Numbered from the stretch's first letter, positions 6,819-15,958 are shown. The stretch: 32,000 bases of DNA from Candidatus Saccharimonadota bacterium (GCA_016432445.1 CP066689.1:810001-842000), one strand, 5' to 3'. The notes: generated from the letters alone by a model not told the origin. Numbers and translations: made by a program.

Positions 6819-7625
6819 ATGGAAACAAAAAAAAATACCCATTTTTTAAGTCTTATAGTCCCAGTTTATAGGCAAGAAAAAATAATTGTTGATAACCTGC
6901 AGTCTTTAAAAACAGTTCTTGATAATATCCGCTATGACTATGAAATCATTACGGTTGTTGACGGATTCACTGATAATTCCTTTAAAAAAATAAAAAAAGC
7001 CAAGATTGATAAGGTAAAATGCCTGGGTTATGAAAAAAATCTTGGAAAAAGTTTTGCCATTAGGCTTGGGATGAAAGAAGCTATGGGTGATTACGTAATG
7101 TTTATTGATTCCGGTATGGAGATTGACCCCAATGGCATATCAATGCTTTTAGAACATATGGAATGGTATGATGCTGACGTTATTGTTGGATCAAAAAGGC
7201 ATCTTGCTTCTCAGGTAAAGTACTCTCTAGGAAGACAAATACTAAGCCACGGTTACTATACTTTAGTGAAATTATTATTCGGTCTTAAAATTCATGATAC
7301 TCAAGCAGGAATTAAAATATTTAAAAAAAGTGTTTTGCAAAGAATTTTACCAAGATTAGTAGAAAAAAAATTCGCTGGAGACCTTGAAATGCTGGTCGTT
7401 GCTGATAGTTTAGGATTTAAGAGGATATATGAGGCTCCGATTAAACTCGATTATACTTTAGGTAATCTTACCTCGGCCGCGACGATCGAATCTATAATCA
7501 ATATCCTTGTTGATACTATAGCTATTTTTTATAGAAAAAATATACTTCGTTATTACTCCAATCCCAATGCGCGTATCATTCAACCTAAAAATTTTAAAGT
7601 AGTAAAATTTAATGTTAACTCTTAA
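6819..7625 (+). CDS. GT2 glycosyltransferase, polyprenyl-phosphate sugar synthase type (ALG5/DPM1/GtrB-like).
   Basis: LSLIVPVYRQE, the VVDGFTDNS..FIDSGMEIDP DxD region, and HDTQAGIKIFKK, which resembles the DTQCGFKLF signature of dolichyl/polyprenyl-phosphate glycosyltransferases. Confidence 0.75.
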   Translation: METKKNTHFLSLIVPVYRQEKIIVDNLQSLKTVLDNIRYDYEIITVVDGFTDNSFKKIKKAKIDKVKCLGYEKNLGKSFAIRLGMKEAMGDYVMFIDSGMEIDPNGISMLLEHMEWYDADVIVGSKRHLASQVKYSLGRQILSHGYYTLVKLLFGLKIHDTQAGIKIFKKSVLQRILPRLVEKKFAGDLEMLVVADSLGFKRIYEAPIKLDYTLGNLTSAATIESIINILVDTIAIFYRKNILRYYSNPNARIIQPKNFKVVKFNVNS

Positions 7626-8649
7626 AAAACCTTTAGTATCAGTCATTATCCCTTTACTTGAGATTAATTCATATATCGTAAAAGAAAATCTTCCGGCCAT
7701 GGAAAAACAAACTTACTGCAATTTTGAAGTGATTGTACTTCCAAACGAAAAAAAACCTGAAGACCAAGAATTATTGAAAAAATACCAATGGCTCAAAATT
7801 ATCCCCACCGGAAAAATTACGCGGCCAGCCTTAAAAAGAGATATTGGCGTTAAAAATGCACAAGGCGAGATAATTGCTTTTATTGATGATGACGCTTACC
7901 CTGATACTTTATGGTTAGAAAAAGCAGTTAAGGCATTTGAAACTCAAAAGGCTGAAGCAGTTTGCGGGCCAGGTCTGATTCCGGAAAATGCTAATTTTTG
8001 GGAAAAAACTTTTGATGAAGTATTAAAAACACCTATCGGCACCGGCGGATATACTTATCGTTTTATCAAGAAAAAAGAAAGATACGTTGATGACTATCCC
8101 TCTATGAATTTCTTAATTCTTAAAAATGTTTTTGAAGAACTGGGAGGATTTAACAACGACTACTGGCCTGGCGAAGATAGTAAGCTTTGCAATGATTTAG
8201 TTTACAAAAAAAAAGGAAAAATACTTTATCACCCGGAGGTCGCCGTTTATCATCACCGGCGCAATGATTTAAAAAGCTTTCTTAAACAGCATAGTAATTA
8301 TGGATTCCATCGAGGAGCTTTCTTCGCTCACGGTGATGCTAACTCACGCAGGCTAACTTATCTTATGCCGACTGTTTTTGTATTATATTTAATAACTCTG
8401 CTTTTGGTGGCTTTTTTCATTAACTTTATTAAAATTAATGGCATAATTATTTCAATATTTTTGCTTCCTTTAATTCTATATTTACTCGGCATACTTTATA
8501 CTTTCTTTTTATCTTTGCTTGACCAGAAAAATCCATTAATAGCGCTAACTGCTCCTTTTGTCTTACTTTCAACTCATCTTATCTATGGTATAATTTTTGT
8601 CAAAGGTTACTTCAAAGGAACATTTAATACTCAAAAAATTTATGATTAA
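7612..8649 (+). CDS. GT2 glycosyltransferase with a C-terminal multi-TM region.
   Basis: VSVIIPLLE, FIDDDAYP (DxD), GEDSKLCNDL and HHRR motifs. The C-terminal ~100 aa are hydrophobic. Confidence 0.8.
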   Translation: MLTLKKPLVSVIIPLLEINSYIVKENLPAMEKQTYCNFEVIVLPNEKKPEDQELLKKYQWLKIIPTGKITRPALKRDIGVKNAQGEIIAFIDDDAYPDTLWLEKAVKAFETQKAEAVCGPGLIPENANFWEKTFDEVLKTPIGTGGYTYRFIKKKERYVDDYPSMNFLILKNVFEELGGFNNDYWPGEDSKLCNDLVYKKKGKILYHPEVAVYHHRRNDLKSFLKQHSNYGFHRGAFFAHGDANSRRLTYLMPTVFVLYLITLLLVAFFINFIKINGIIISIFLLPLILYLLGILYTFFLSLLDQKNPLIALTAPFVLLSTHLIYGIIFVKGYFKGTFNTQKIYD

Positions 8650-10222
8650 AGTCGTTGTCGGCTATCCTCCTATTGAATCAGGCAAAGGAACTCCTCTTTT
8701 ATCTCAAAATAGGCAATTTCAGTATTTTAACTCTCCTACATATATTTATCCAATGGTTCCGGCTTATGCCGCCTCCTACCTTCAGGAAAAAGGCTACAAA
8801 GTTTACTGGATGGATGGAATTGCAGAAAAAAAAACCTATGAACAATGGGTAAATGATCTTGAACAGATTAATCCTGATTATCTTTTAATTGAAACTAAAG
8901 CACCCGTAATCAATACTCACTGGAAACAAATCAACGATCTTAAAAAAAGAATCCCGCAAATAAAAATTATAATCGTTGGTGACCATATCACTTATCAGCC
9001 TCTTGAAAGTTTTGAAAACAGTAAAGTTGATTATGCCATAATCGGAGGAGATTATGATTTTGTCATTGTCAATCTGCTTAATCATATTTATAAAAAAGAA
9101 AAACTTGAAGGGGGAGTTTATTGGAGAGGTAAAGGAAAAAAAATATATAATTCAGGACCTGCTTCTTTAAAACATAATCTTGACTCTCTTCCTTTTATTG
9201 ACCGTGATCTTACCAAATGGCAGCTTTATGCTTATGAAAACGGCAATTATAAGTATACGCCGGGAACCTATATGTACAGTGGACGCGACTGCTGGTGGAA
9301 CCGCTGTACTTTTTGTATCTGGGATCATACTATGAATCCGCCGGGCAAATACCGGAGTTTTTCGGCTGAGCGTCTTTTTGCTGAGGTAAAACATGTCGTT
9401 GATAAATACGGAGTCAAAGAAATATTTGATGATGCCGGCACTCTTTTTATTGGGCCGAAACTTAAAAAATTTTGTCAGCTTCTTATTGAAAACGGCTACA
9501 GCAAAAAGGTTGTTTATGGATGTAATATGAGATTTAATGCCGTAACTCAAGAATACTATGATCTTATGAAAAAAGCTAATTTCCGATTTATTCTTTATGG
9601 AATGGAATCAGGCAATCAGAAAACTCTCGATAAACTTGATAAAGGGACTAAAGAAATAGACGCCATAAACGGTCCACGCATGGCAAAAAAAGCCGGTCTT
9701 GAACCTCATGTAACTATAATGTTAGGCTATCCATGGGAATCCTTTGAAGATGCCAAAAGAACCATTGAGATTGCTAAATATGCCTTTAAAAAAGGTTATT
9801 ACGATACAATGCAGGCAACTATTGTCATTCCTTATCCAGGTACTCCTCTTTATAAGGAAGCTAAAGAAAAAGGCTGGCTTTTGACTGAGAACTATGAAGA
9901 CTTCGATATGAGGAAGCCCGTGATGAAAATTCCTTTTCCTGAAGAAAAGCTGCTTGAACTTGAACAAGAACTTTATTCTGCTTTTATGACCCCTCAATAT
10001 GTTGCCAGAAAAATCATGGAAATTCGAAGCGTACATGATTTTATGTATCTTTTTTACATGGCTAAAAAATTAATTGGACATCTACTGGATTTTGATCCTG
10101 ATCAAAAAAAAGCTAAATTATCTTCTTTAATCTTTTGGAAAAATGCCGGAGCAAAACTTTTTAAACATTTTTTTTCTCCCAAAACTTCAGTTGATTCAGA
10201 AAAAGATTGCATTAAAATATGA
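8642..10222 (+). CDS. B12-binding-domain radical SAM enzyme (class B rSAM, putative methylase).
   Basis: The start is moved to the in-frame ATG at 8642 (MIKVVVGYPP...), which overlaps the upstream stop in TATGATTAA. An N-terminal B12-binding-like domain (IKIIIVGDHITYQP...DYAIIGGDYDF) is followed by the cluster motif DCWWNRCTFC and a GMESGNQ-type SAM-binding stretch. Confidence 0.85.
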   Translation: MIKVVVGYPPIESGKGTPLLSQNRQFQYFNSPTYIYPMVPAYAASYLQEKGYKVYWMDGIAEKKTYEQWVNDLEQINPDYLLIETKAPVINTHWKQINDLKKRIPQIKIIIVGDHITYQPLESFENSKVDYAIIGGDYDFVIVNLLNHIYKKEKLEGGVYWRGKGKKIYNSGPASLKHNLDSLPFIDRDLTKWQLYAYENGNYKYTPGTYMYSGRDCWWNRCTFCIWDHTMNPPGKYRSFSAERLFAEVKHVVDKYGVKEIFDDAGTLFIGPKLKKFCQLLIENGYSKKVVYGCNMRFNAVTQEYYDLMKKANFRFILYGMESGNQKTLDKLDKGTKEIDAINGPRMAKKAGLEPHVTIMLGYPWESFEDAKRTIEIAKYAFKKGYYDTMQATIVIPYPGTPLYKEAKEKGWLLTENYEDFDMRKPVMKIPFPEEKLLELEQELYSAFMTPQYVARKIMEIRSVHDFMYLFYMAKKLIGHLLDFDPDQKKAKLSSLIFWKNAGAKLFKHFFSPKTSVDSEKDCIKI

Positions 10223-10716
10223 ACCTACTACTGCATGAAAGTATACATTTAGCTTTTACCTTCCTCTCTATTTTTGTTGTTTGGAAAAAATATAAAAATT
10301 TTTGGGTTACATTATCTGCAGCTTTTATCGGAGGTATTCTTATTGATCTTGATCATATTATTGACTATGTATTGGCTTTCGGCTTAACTTTTAATCTTAA
10401 TTTCTTTCTTGAAGGCTACCAATTCCTAAAAACAGATAAATTGTTTCTTTTCTTTCATGCTTACGAATATGCTTTTATTCTAGGAATATTATTTTGGTTT
10501 ATTAAAAAAAATATCAAACTAAAAGCATTTATTTTAGCTTTAGCAATTAGTATGTTTTTACATTTAATTTTTGATAGTTATACCAATAAAATATATGTTC
10601 GTTCTTATTTTATTTTAGAAAGATTGAATCAGAATTTTGATCTTAAAAAATTAGTTTATCCTGATCATTACATCAAACACGAAAAGCAGAAAAAATTAAT
10701 TTTTCCTAAAGACTAG
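10219..10716 (+). CDS. Small polytopic membrane protein, YdjM/DUF457-like putative metal-dependent hydrolase.
   Basis: About 4-5 TM segments with conserved His/Asp positions (LLHESIH, LIDLDHIIDY, FFHAYEY, HLIFDS). ATGA start/stop overlap with the rSAM gene (10219-10222). Confidence 0.55.
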   Translation: MNLLLHESIHLAFTFLSIFVVWKKYKNFWVTLSAAFIGGILIDLDHIIDYVLAFGLTFNLNFFLEGYQFLKTDKLFLFFHAYEYAFILGILFWFIKKNIKLKAFILALAISMFLHLIFDSYTNKIYVRSYFILERLNQNFDLKKLVYPDHYIKHEKQKKLIFPKD

Positions 10717-12529
10717 ATATCATTTCTTTTAGCTTTTGATTATCAGGTTCTAGAGTGAGCGCTTTTTGAAAAGCTTCTTTTGCTTTGTTTTTATTATTTA
10801 ATTTTAGGTAAATAACCCCCAAATTAGCATATAGTGAGGAATTAGGCGGAGCAAACTGAATTGATTTTGTCTGATACTCAGCTGCCTTAAGATAGTTACC
10901 TTGTCCAAAATAGATTATGGCTATGTTTTGATAAGACTGCCAGATAGCCGGATTAAATTTCAAAGCTGTTTGATAATTTTTCAAAGCCTCATCTTGATTT
11001 CCTATCTGATAATAAGTATTAGCCATATTATGATATGCATCACCATAATTAGGTTTTAAACGAACCGCCGTCTGAAATTCTAGAATTGCTCTTTTATAGT
11101 CCTTGCGTCTGAAATAAACATCACCTAAATTATTATGGTTATTGGGACTCGATGGAGAAGTTTTTCCTGTAGCAATCCATAAATTATCTTCATTGGCCCA
11201 ATCAATATTTCTGTAAATTGTCCTTGCTCCAAGGGCTATTACTATAAAAACTACTAATAAACTAATTATTTGCTTCCCGACCTCACTTTTTTTGTAAAAA
11301 AAATAAAGCATGTATGAAAAAGAAACAATAATTCCAACTGCTCCTAAGTAAACATAGCGTTCAGCTACAACCCAAGAGACTCCAAAAGGCATAAGGGTTA
11401 AAAGAAGGCTGATAACAAATAAACTAAGCCAAAAAAATATAAATTTATTTTTAAAGAAACTGTAAGCAATAATTCCTAAAAGTAAAACCGTAATAATAAC
11501 TCTTAATCCAAATTCGTACATAGTGAAAATCAGTTCTGAATGATATAGCGTCAACTTATCTGGCCAAAATATAAGTTCTAAATAGCTTGATATGGCAGTA
11601 GGAACTTGAGTTAGAGGATTTTGGATTTTTTGTACTTCTTGATAATAAATTGTCCGCTGAGTTTCAAGTCGCGGCCCTAACCCTTTTAGCGCCACAAAAG
11701 CAAAAATCATACTTATCAAGAAAAAAGGCACAACTTTCACCCAATTTTTTCTCAAATTTCCAAAACTTAGCTCATAGACAAAATAAACAGCTGAAAGTGA
11801 TACAGCCGTTATTGAAGACAGCATGGAAAGTATAAAAAATACCACCGAAAGAATGTAATGTTTAACTTTTTGGTTTGAACCAATGTAGGTATATAAAGAT
11901 AAAAGGAAGAAAAAGCTGTATTGAGCATATCCGCCTCCTGAAACCCAAGTAACCGCTTCAGTAAAAATGGGATGAACCGTAAAGATGGTACTGGCAAAAA
12001 TTGCTACCTGTTTTTTCGTTATTTTTCGCAAAATAATATAAAGCAGGTAAACAGAACCTATATGAAGCAGTATATTAATTGAACGGTAAAATGCTGGATT
12101 AAAACCTCCAAGTTTAAAAGCAATTAGATAAAAAAACGGTCTTACTGAAGTAAAAGGCTGAGAAATGATATCTTTCAAAGTCCCTAAATTTCTGTTCTGC
12201 AAAATTCCGAAATCATCAGACAAAAAAACATTATTTAGTGAGTTTATGTAAACAATTAAAACTAATAAAATCAACAAAGGAAACATTATCCAGTTCAAGT
12301 TTTTACTAAGCCAACCGTTACTATATGAATTATTTCCATCAGAATCTGAAGATTGAGCTGAATCGTTTAAACTTTTAATAAATTTTTTGTATTTATCTTC
12401 CCGCCATTGTCCTTTTAAATAAGTCAAAATATCATCTTCCGATATTTTTAAGTGATCAGCAATCTTTATAAGAGGTAATTTCCTTACATTATTTTTAATG
12501 AATTTTTTTTGAAAGTGAGTAAGCGCCAT
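10706..12529 (-). CDS. GT-C fold TMTC/PMT-like membrane glycosyltransferase with C-terminal TPR repeats and a short N-terminal HTH-like segment.
   Basis: Multi-TM core carrying VHPIFTEAVTWVSGG, matching the HPxHTEAVxW signature of the TMTC/DUF1736 family. The C-terminal ~150 aa contain about 4 TPR units (e.g. AILEFQTAVRLKPNYGDAYHNMANTYY). Confidence 0.75.
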   Translation of the reverse strand: MALTHFQKKFIKNNVRKLPLIKIADHLKISEDDILTYLKGQWREDKYKKFIKSLNDSAQSSDSDGNNSYSNGWLSKNLNWIMFPLLILLVLIVYINSLNNVFLSDDFGILQNRNLGTLKDIISQPFTSVRPFFYLIAFKLGGFNPAFYRSINILLHIGSVYLLYIILRKITKKQVAIFASTIFTVHPIFTEAVTWVSGGGYAQYSFFFLLSLYTYIGSNQKVKHYILSVVFFILSMLSSITAVSLSAVYFVYELSFGNLRKNWVKVVPFFLISMIFAFVALKGLGPRLETQRTIYYQEVQKIQNPLTQVPTAISSYLELIFWPDKLTLYHSELIFTMYEFGLRVIITVLLLGIIAYSFFKNKFIFFWLSLFVISLLLTLMPFGVSWVVAERYVYLGAVGIIVSFSYMLYFFYKKSEVGKQIISLLVVFIVIALGARTIYRNIDWANEDNLWIATGKTSPSSPNNHNNLGDVYFRRKDYKRAILEFQTAVRLKPNYGDAYHNMANTYYQIGNQDEALKNYQTALKFNPAIWQSYQNIAIIYFGQGNYLKAAEYQTKSIQFAPPNSSLYANLGVIYLKLNNKNKAKEAFQKALTLEPDNQKLKEMISSL

Positions 12530-12535
12530 ATAGAT

Positions 12536-12547
12536 TTGAATTATAAT
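12536..12547. promoter_or_regulatory. TTGAAT followed by the palindrome AATTATAATT, which presents TATAAT on both strands (candidate bidirectional -10).
   Basis: Plus-strand TATAAT is at 12542-12547 and minus-strand TATAAT at 12545-12540. The minus-strand ATG of the TMTC-like gene (12529) lies 10 nt downstream. Confidence 0.3.
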
Positions 12548-12574
12548 TAAAAAGTTATAAAATATCAGTTATCT

Positions 12575-13834
12575 ATGCACCTAATATATCATAAAACCTG
12601 CAGAATTTGTCATTCTCCAAATCTTAATAAAGTAATTGATCTGGGCGAACAGTATCTTCAGAATGTTTTTGTAAAAAAAGATTATCCCATGCCATCTCAA
12701 AGAAAAATTCCAACTATGCTTATGAGATGTGATCCAACCAAAGATGAAAACGCCTGCGGTCTATTACAGCTTGCCCATACTATTCCTCCTCAGATACTTT
12801 ATTCTACTTACTGGTATCGTTCCGGAACCAATCAAACTATGCGCTTTCACTTAAAAGAGATTGCCGATGAAGCTGCGAGCATTGTCGGGAAAAAAAGGGC
12901 ACGTGTATTAGACATTGGCTGCAATGATGGAACTTTGCTTAAATGGTATCCTAAAAATTTTATTAAAGTAGGTATTGACCCATCAGATGCAACTAAAGAC
13001 ATCAAAGATGATATTGCAATTATCCAAGATATATTTCCTTCGGTTGAGCTTGAAAAAAAAATGCAGGGAAAAAAGTTTGACATCATAACTTCTATTGCCA
13101 TGTTTTATGATGTTGACGACCCGGTTAAATTTGCCATAAGCATTAAAAATAACCTTGCACCTAAAGGACTATGGATTTTTGAAATGTATTATATGCCCAA
13201 TATGCTTAAACTCAACTCTTACGACACAATCTGTCATGAACACTTATCCTACTATAGTATGGCCGTCATTGAATATATCTTAAAAAAAGCTGATCTTAAG
13301 ATGATAAAGGTAAGTCTTAACAATATTAATGGAGGCAGTATCCGATGTTATGCAACCCACACCAATAATTTCAAGTTTAAAAAACACGAATATCTTCAAA
13401 CTTTAAAAGATTTACGACACCTTGAATTTGATATGGAGCTCGATACAGATAAACCTTATAAAGATTTTCAAGAGCGTATTTTAGCCCACCGCGAAGAACT
13501 CACATCTTTATTAAAAAAATTAAAAAGAGAAGGAAATAAAATTCATATTTATGGAGCTTCAACAAAAGGAAACACTGTCCTTCAATTTTGCAGTCTTGAT
13601 CATACAATTATTGATTATGCTGCCGATAGGAACCCGCAAAAACATGGAGCTAGTACCTTAGGCTCTGATATTCCAATCATAAGCGAGGAAGAATCACGAG
13701 CTATGAAACCTGATTATTATCTTGTGTTACCTTGGTCTTTCAAGCAAGAATTTTTAAAAAGAGAAAAAAAAACGATAAGTTCTGGAGTTAAAATGATCTT
13801 TCCGTTTCCAAAAATTGAGATTATTGAGGAATAA
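12575..13834 (+). CDS. NDP-sugar C-methyltransferase family protein (TylCIII-type: zinc-ribbon N-domain + class I SAM MTase + C-terminal C-methyltransferase domain), paralog A.
   Basis: CRIC...C..8..C zinc-type N-terminus, LDIGCNDG (SAM motif I), CHEHLSYYS, NGGSIRCYA and IYGASTKGNTVLQF. Confidence 0.8.
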   Translation: MHLIYHKTCRICHSPNLNKVIDLGEQYLQNVFVKKDYPMPSQRKIPTMLMRCDPTKDENACGLLQLAHTIPPQILYSTYWYRSGTNQTMRFHLKEIADEAASIVGKKRARVLDIGCNDGTLLKWYPKNFIKVGIDPSDATKDIKDDIAIIQDIFPSVELEKKMQGKKFDIITSIAMFYDVDDPVKFAISIKNNLAPKGLWIFEMYYMPNMLKLNSYDTICHEHLSYYSMAVIEYILKKADLKMIKVSLNNINGGSIRCYATHTNNFKFKKHEYLQTLKDLRHLEFDMELDTDKPYKDFQERILAHREELTSLLKKLKREGNKIHIYGASTKGNTVLQFCSLDHTIIDYAADRNPQKHGASTLGSDIPIISEEESRAMKPDYYLVLPWSFKQEFLKREKKTISSGVKMIFPFPKIEIIEE

Positions 13835-13839
13835 AAAAT

Positions 13840-14991
13840 ATGAAAGCTGTTTTTATATCAGGCATGCTGCCCTCGGGTCACTTCTCACAAATTTTGACCA
13901 ATGCTTTAGCTCATGAAAAAGGGCTTAATCTTACGGTTTATGCTGATGAAGATCCTCAAAATCTTAATATTAGAAACTGCGGGACTATCAAAACTGTCTG
14001 GCCTCATACTGCCATGTTTATTTATAAGATTTTTAAGGAAGTTTTGAAAGATCAGCCGGACGTAATTCATATCCAGCATGAGTTCACTATGTATGGATCA
14101 ATTAAAAATGCTTTTTTATTTCCTTTTCTATTATTACTTCTTCGGCTAATAGGAAAAAAAGTAGTGGTGACTATTCATGCATGTGTCTATAAAAATCAAG
14201 TTGATGATCAGTTTATATATTTGTTTACAACAAAAAAAATAGCAGGATTGAGTCCAACAACACTCAAATTATTCTTTTTTTATACATACAAGCTTATTTC
14301 TATATTTTCTAATGCAATTATCTGCCATACCCATCTTTTAAAAGATATGCTTATTAAAGACTGGCAAGTCTCATCAAATAAAATTCATGTCGTTCCAACA
14401 GGTATTCCTGCAAAAAAATTAACAAAAAAAAATAAAAAAAATTATTTTCTTTATTTTGGGTACATGGTCCGCAGGAATGGTCTAAACTACGTCATTGATG
14501 GATTTTCTAAATTTGTAAAGCAAAATAAAAAATATAAATTAATTCTTGCCGGTGGAATCATAAAAGGTCAAGAGGAGGCCTTTAAAGAAATACAGGATTA
14601 TATAAAGAAAAAAAAACTTGAAAAATTCGTAGAGATTAGAGGATTTATTGAACAAGAAGAACAGGATAAATTATACGAGGAAGCATCGGCTGTTGCTATT
14701 CCTGCTGTCGTATCAATGGGATCTAGTGGAAGACTTTACCACGCCCAAAGTTGGGGTAAATGTATCCTGGCCTCAAATGTTGGCCACTTTCAAGAAGATA
14801 TTCACCATTTATACGATGGCATATTAGTTAATAATGATGAATGGAATAAATCTTTTAAGTACGTTGTTGATCATCCTGAAAAAATAGCTCAAATAGAAAA
14901 AAACGTATTAAAAAAAGCCAGATCAAAAAGTTCTGATAAAATAGCTAAAATGCATATAGAAGTTTATAAAAATATTGCTAATGTCCTTTAA
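13840..14991 (+). CDS. GT-B glycosyltransferase (GT4-like).
   Basis: 383 aa. The C-terminal half has the GT4-like pattern FVEIRGFI..EEQDKLYEEASAVAIPA...AQSWGKCILASNVG. Confidence 0.7.
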   Translation: MKAVFISGMLPSGHFSQILTNALAHEKGLNLTVYADEDPQNLNIRNCGTIKTVWPHTAMFIYKIFKEVLKDQPDVIHIQHEFTMYGSIKNAFLFPFLLLLLRLIGKKVVVTIHACVYKNQVDDQFIYLFTTKKIAGLSPTTLKLFFFYTYKLISIFSNAIICHTHLLKDMLIKDWQVSSNKIHVVPTGIPAKKLTKKNKKNYFLYFGYMVRRNGLNYVIDGFSKFVKQNKKYKLILAGGIIKGQEEAFKEIQDYIKKKKLEKFVEIRGFIEQEEQDKLYEEASAVAIPAVVSMGSSGRLYHAQSWGKCILASNVGHFQEDIHHLYDGILVNNDEWNKSFKYVVDHPEKIAQIEKNVLKKARSKSSDKIAKMHIEVYKNIANVL

Positions 14992-15958
14992 AGTTGATAT
15001 TTTTATTCCAACTTCAAAAGATACCCATGTTCTAAAAAAATGTCTAAAAAGCCTTAATGTTCAATCTGTAAAAAACTTTACAATCATCTTAATTGGACTA
15101 AATAAAGATCCTGCCATTGAAAAATTAATCTCTCGTTTTAACAACTTAAAAATCAATTATTTTATACAACAAAAAAAAGGACTTGTCGAAGCAGCTAATG
15201 AAGCCTTAATAAAATCAAACGGTGATATTTTCATTCGAGTTGATGATGATGTCACTGTTACAAAAAACTGGTTAAAAAATATATTAATTACCTTTAATAA
15301 AGAGTCAAAAATTGGAGGAGTTACTGGACCAACTTTAGTCAATGAAAAGGTATTAAATTCAAGAGATTCTCTCAATTTTATTCTAAGGTTTAAGAATAGT
15401 AATAATCCGTTTTCAAAACTATTAAATTATGTTTATGAAACATATCTTTACGAAAATAAAATGTTTGAAGTTGGAAAATTTTTACGAAGTGGAAATTTTT
15501 CTATAGGAGCTAATTTTTCTACATGCTTAAAGATAAAATCACAAGAAGTTGAAAATTTCGAAGCCTGCAATTTTGCCTGTAAAACATCTCTCATAAAAAG
15601 ACTTGGAGGATTTGATGAGACTTTTGCTAAAGGCTTAGGTGATTACCATGAAGCCGATATGGCCTGTAAAATTAGAAAATCAGGATATAAAATCATTTTT
15701 AATCCGCAAGCTATAGTTCATCATCATATTGAGGCTGGCGGAAAAATTAAATCTCGGCCAGACTCTTATAACCGTATTAAAAACTTCATTATTTTTTATC
15801 GCAGGCACATGAAAATTAGCAGCTTCGATACCTTACTGCGCTTTTCTATAAACGTCATTCTTCAAAATGGCTATTATTTGTATAAGTTTTTGACAACAGG
15901 AAACATTAGCAATCTCGGATCAATTCCCGGTACAATTACTGGGTTATTAGGCATATGA
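14981..15958 (+). CDS. GT2 glycosyltransferase.
   Basis: The track start at 14975 is TTG, and the first ATG is at 14981. VDIFIPTSKD, IRVDDDV (DxD), GGFDETF and HHH motifs. Overlaps the upstream stop. Confidence 0.72.
   Translation: MSFKVDIFIPTSKDTHVLKKCLKSLNVQSVKNFTIILIGLNKDPAIEKLISRFNNLKINYFIQQKKGLVEAANEALIKSNGDIFIRVDDDVTVTKNWLKNILITFNKESKIGGVTGPTLVNEKVLNSRDSLNFILRFKNSNNPFSKLLNYVYETYLYENKMFEVGKFLRSGNFSIGANFSTCLKIKSQEVENFEACNFACKTSLIKRLGGFDETFAKGLGDYHEADMACKIRKSGYKIIFNPQAIVHHHIEAGGKIKSRPDSYNRIKNFIIFYRRHMKISSFDTLLRFSINVILQNGYYLYKFLTTGNISNLGSIPGTITGLLGI

Noticed and set aside
6827-6835. A9 homopolymer 8 nt into the GT2 gene at 6819, plus A8-A9 runs at 8826-8834, 13053-13061, ~13766-13774, ~14434-14451, ~14615-14623, ~17167-17175 and ~23392-23400, as phase-variation switches.
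   Set aside because: In this AT-rich, Lys-rich coding background, AAA-AAA-AAA codon runs are expected by composition. They are spread over many genes rather than focused on 5' ends. Without read-level length variation there is no support. This would be worth checking only if population data are available.
7458-7700. Antisense 80-aa ORF across the GT2/GT2 junction.
   Set aside because: It overlaps two motif-supported GT2 genes, and the peptide is unremarkable.
8597-8641. Upstream extension of the rSAM ORF (track start 8597, MSKVTSKEHLILKKF...).
   Set aside because: It would overlap the preceding GT2 by 53 nt. The in-frame ATG at 8642 gives the family-typical N-terminus MIKVVVGYPP and a compact overlap with the upstream stop.
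8641-8649. The identical junction string TATGATTAA at 8641-8649 and 28544-28552 as a repeated element.
   Set aside because: The flanks are unrelated. It is simply the same ...Y-D-stop / M-I-K overlap solution arising twice.
8655-10036. Four track ORFs inside the rSAM gene: 8655-8852 (+), 8885-9085 (-), 9167-9550 (-) and 9722-10036 (-).
   Set aside because: All are off-frame or antisense within a gene that has clear B12-binding and radical SAM motifs. None has motifs of its own.
11650-11997. Track ORFs 11650-11835 (+) and 11809-11997 (-, off-frame) within the TMTC-like gene.
   Set aside because: They sit inside the hydrophobic core of a 607-aa motif-supported ORF and are shadow ORFs.
12847-13101. 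Antisense 84-aa ORF inside C-methyltransferase A.
   Set aside because: Shadow ORF opposite the SAM-binding domain.
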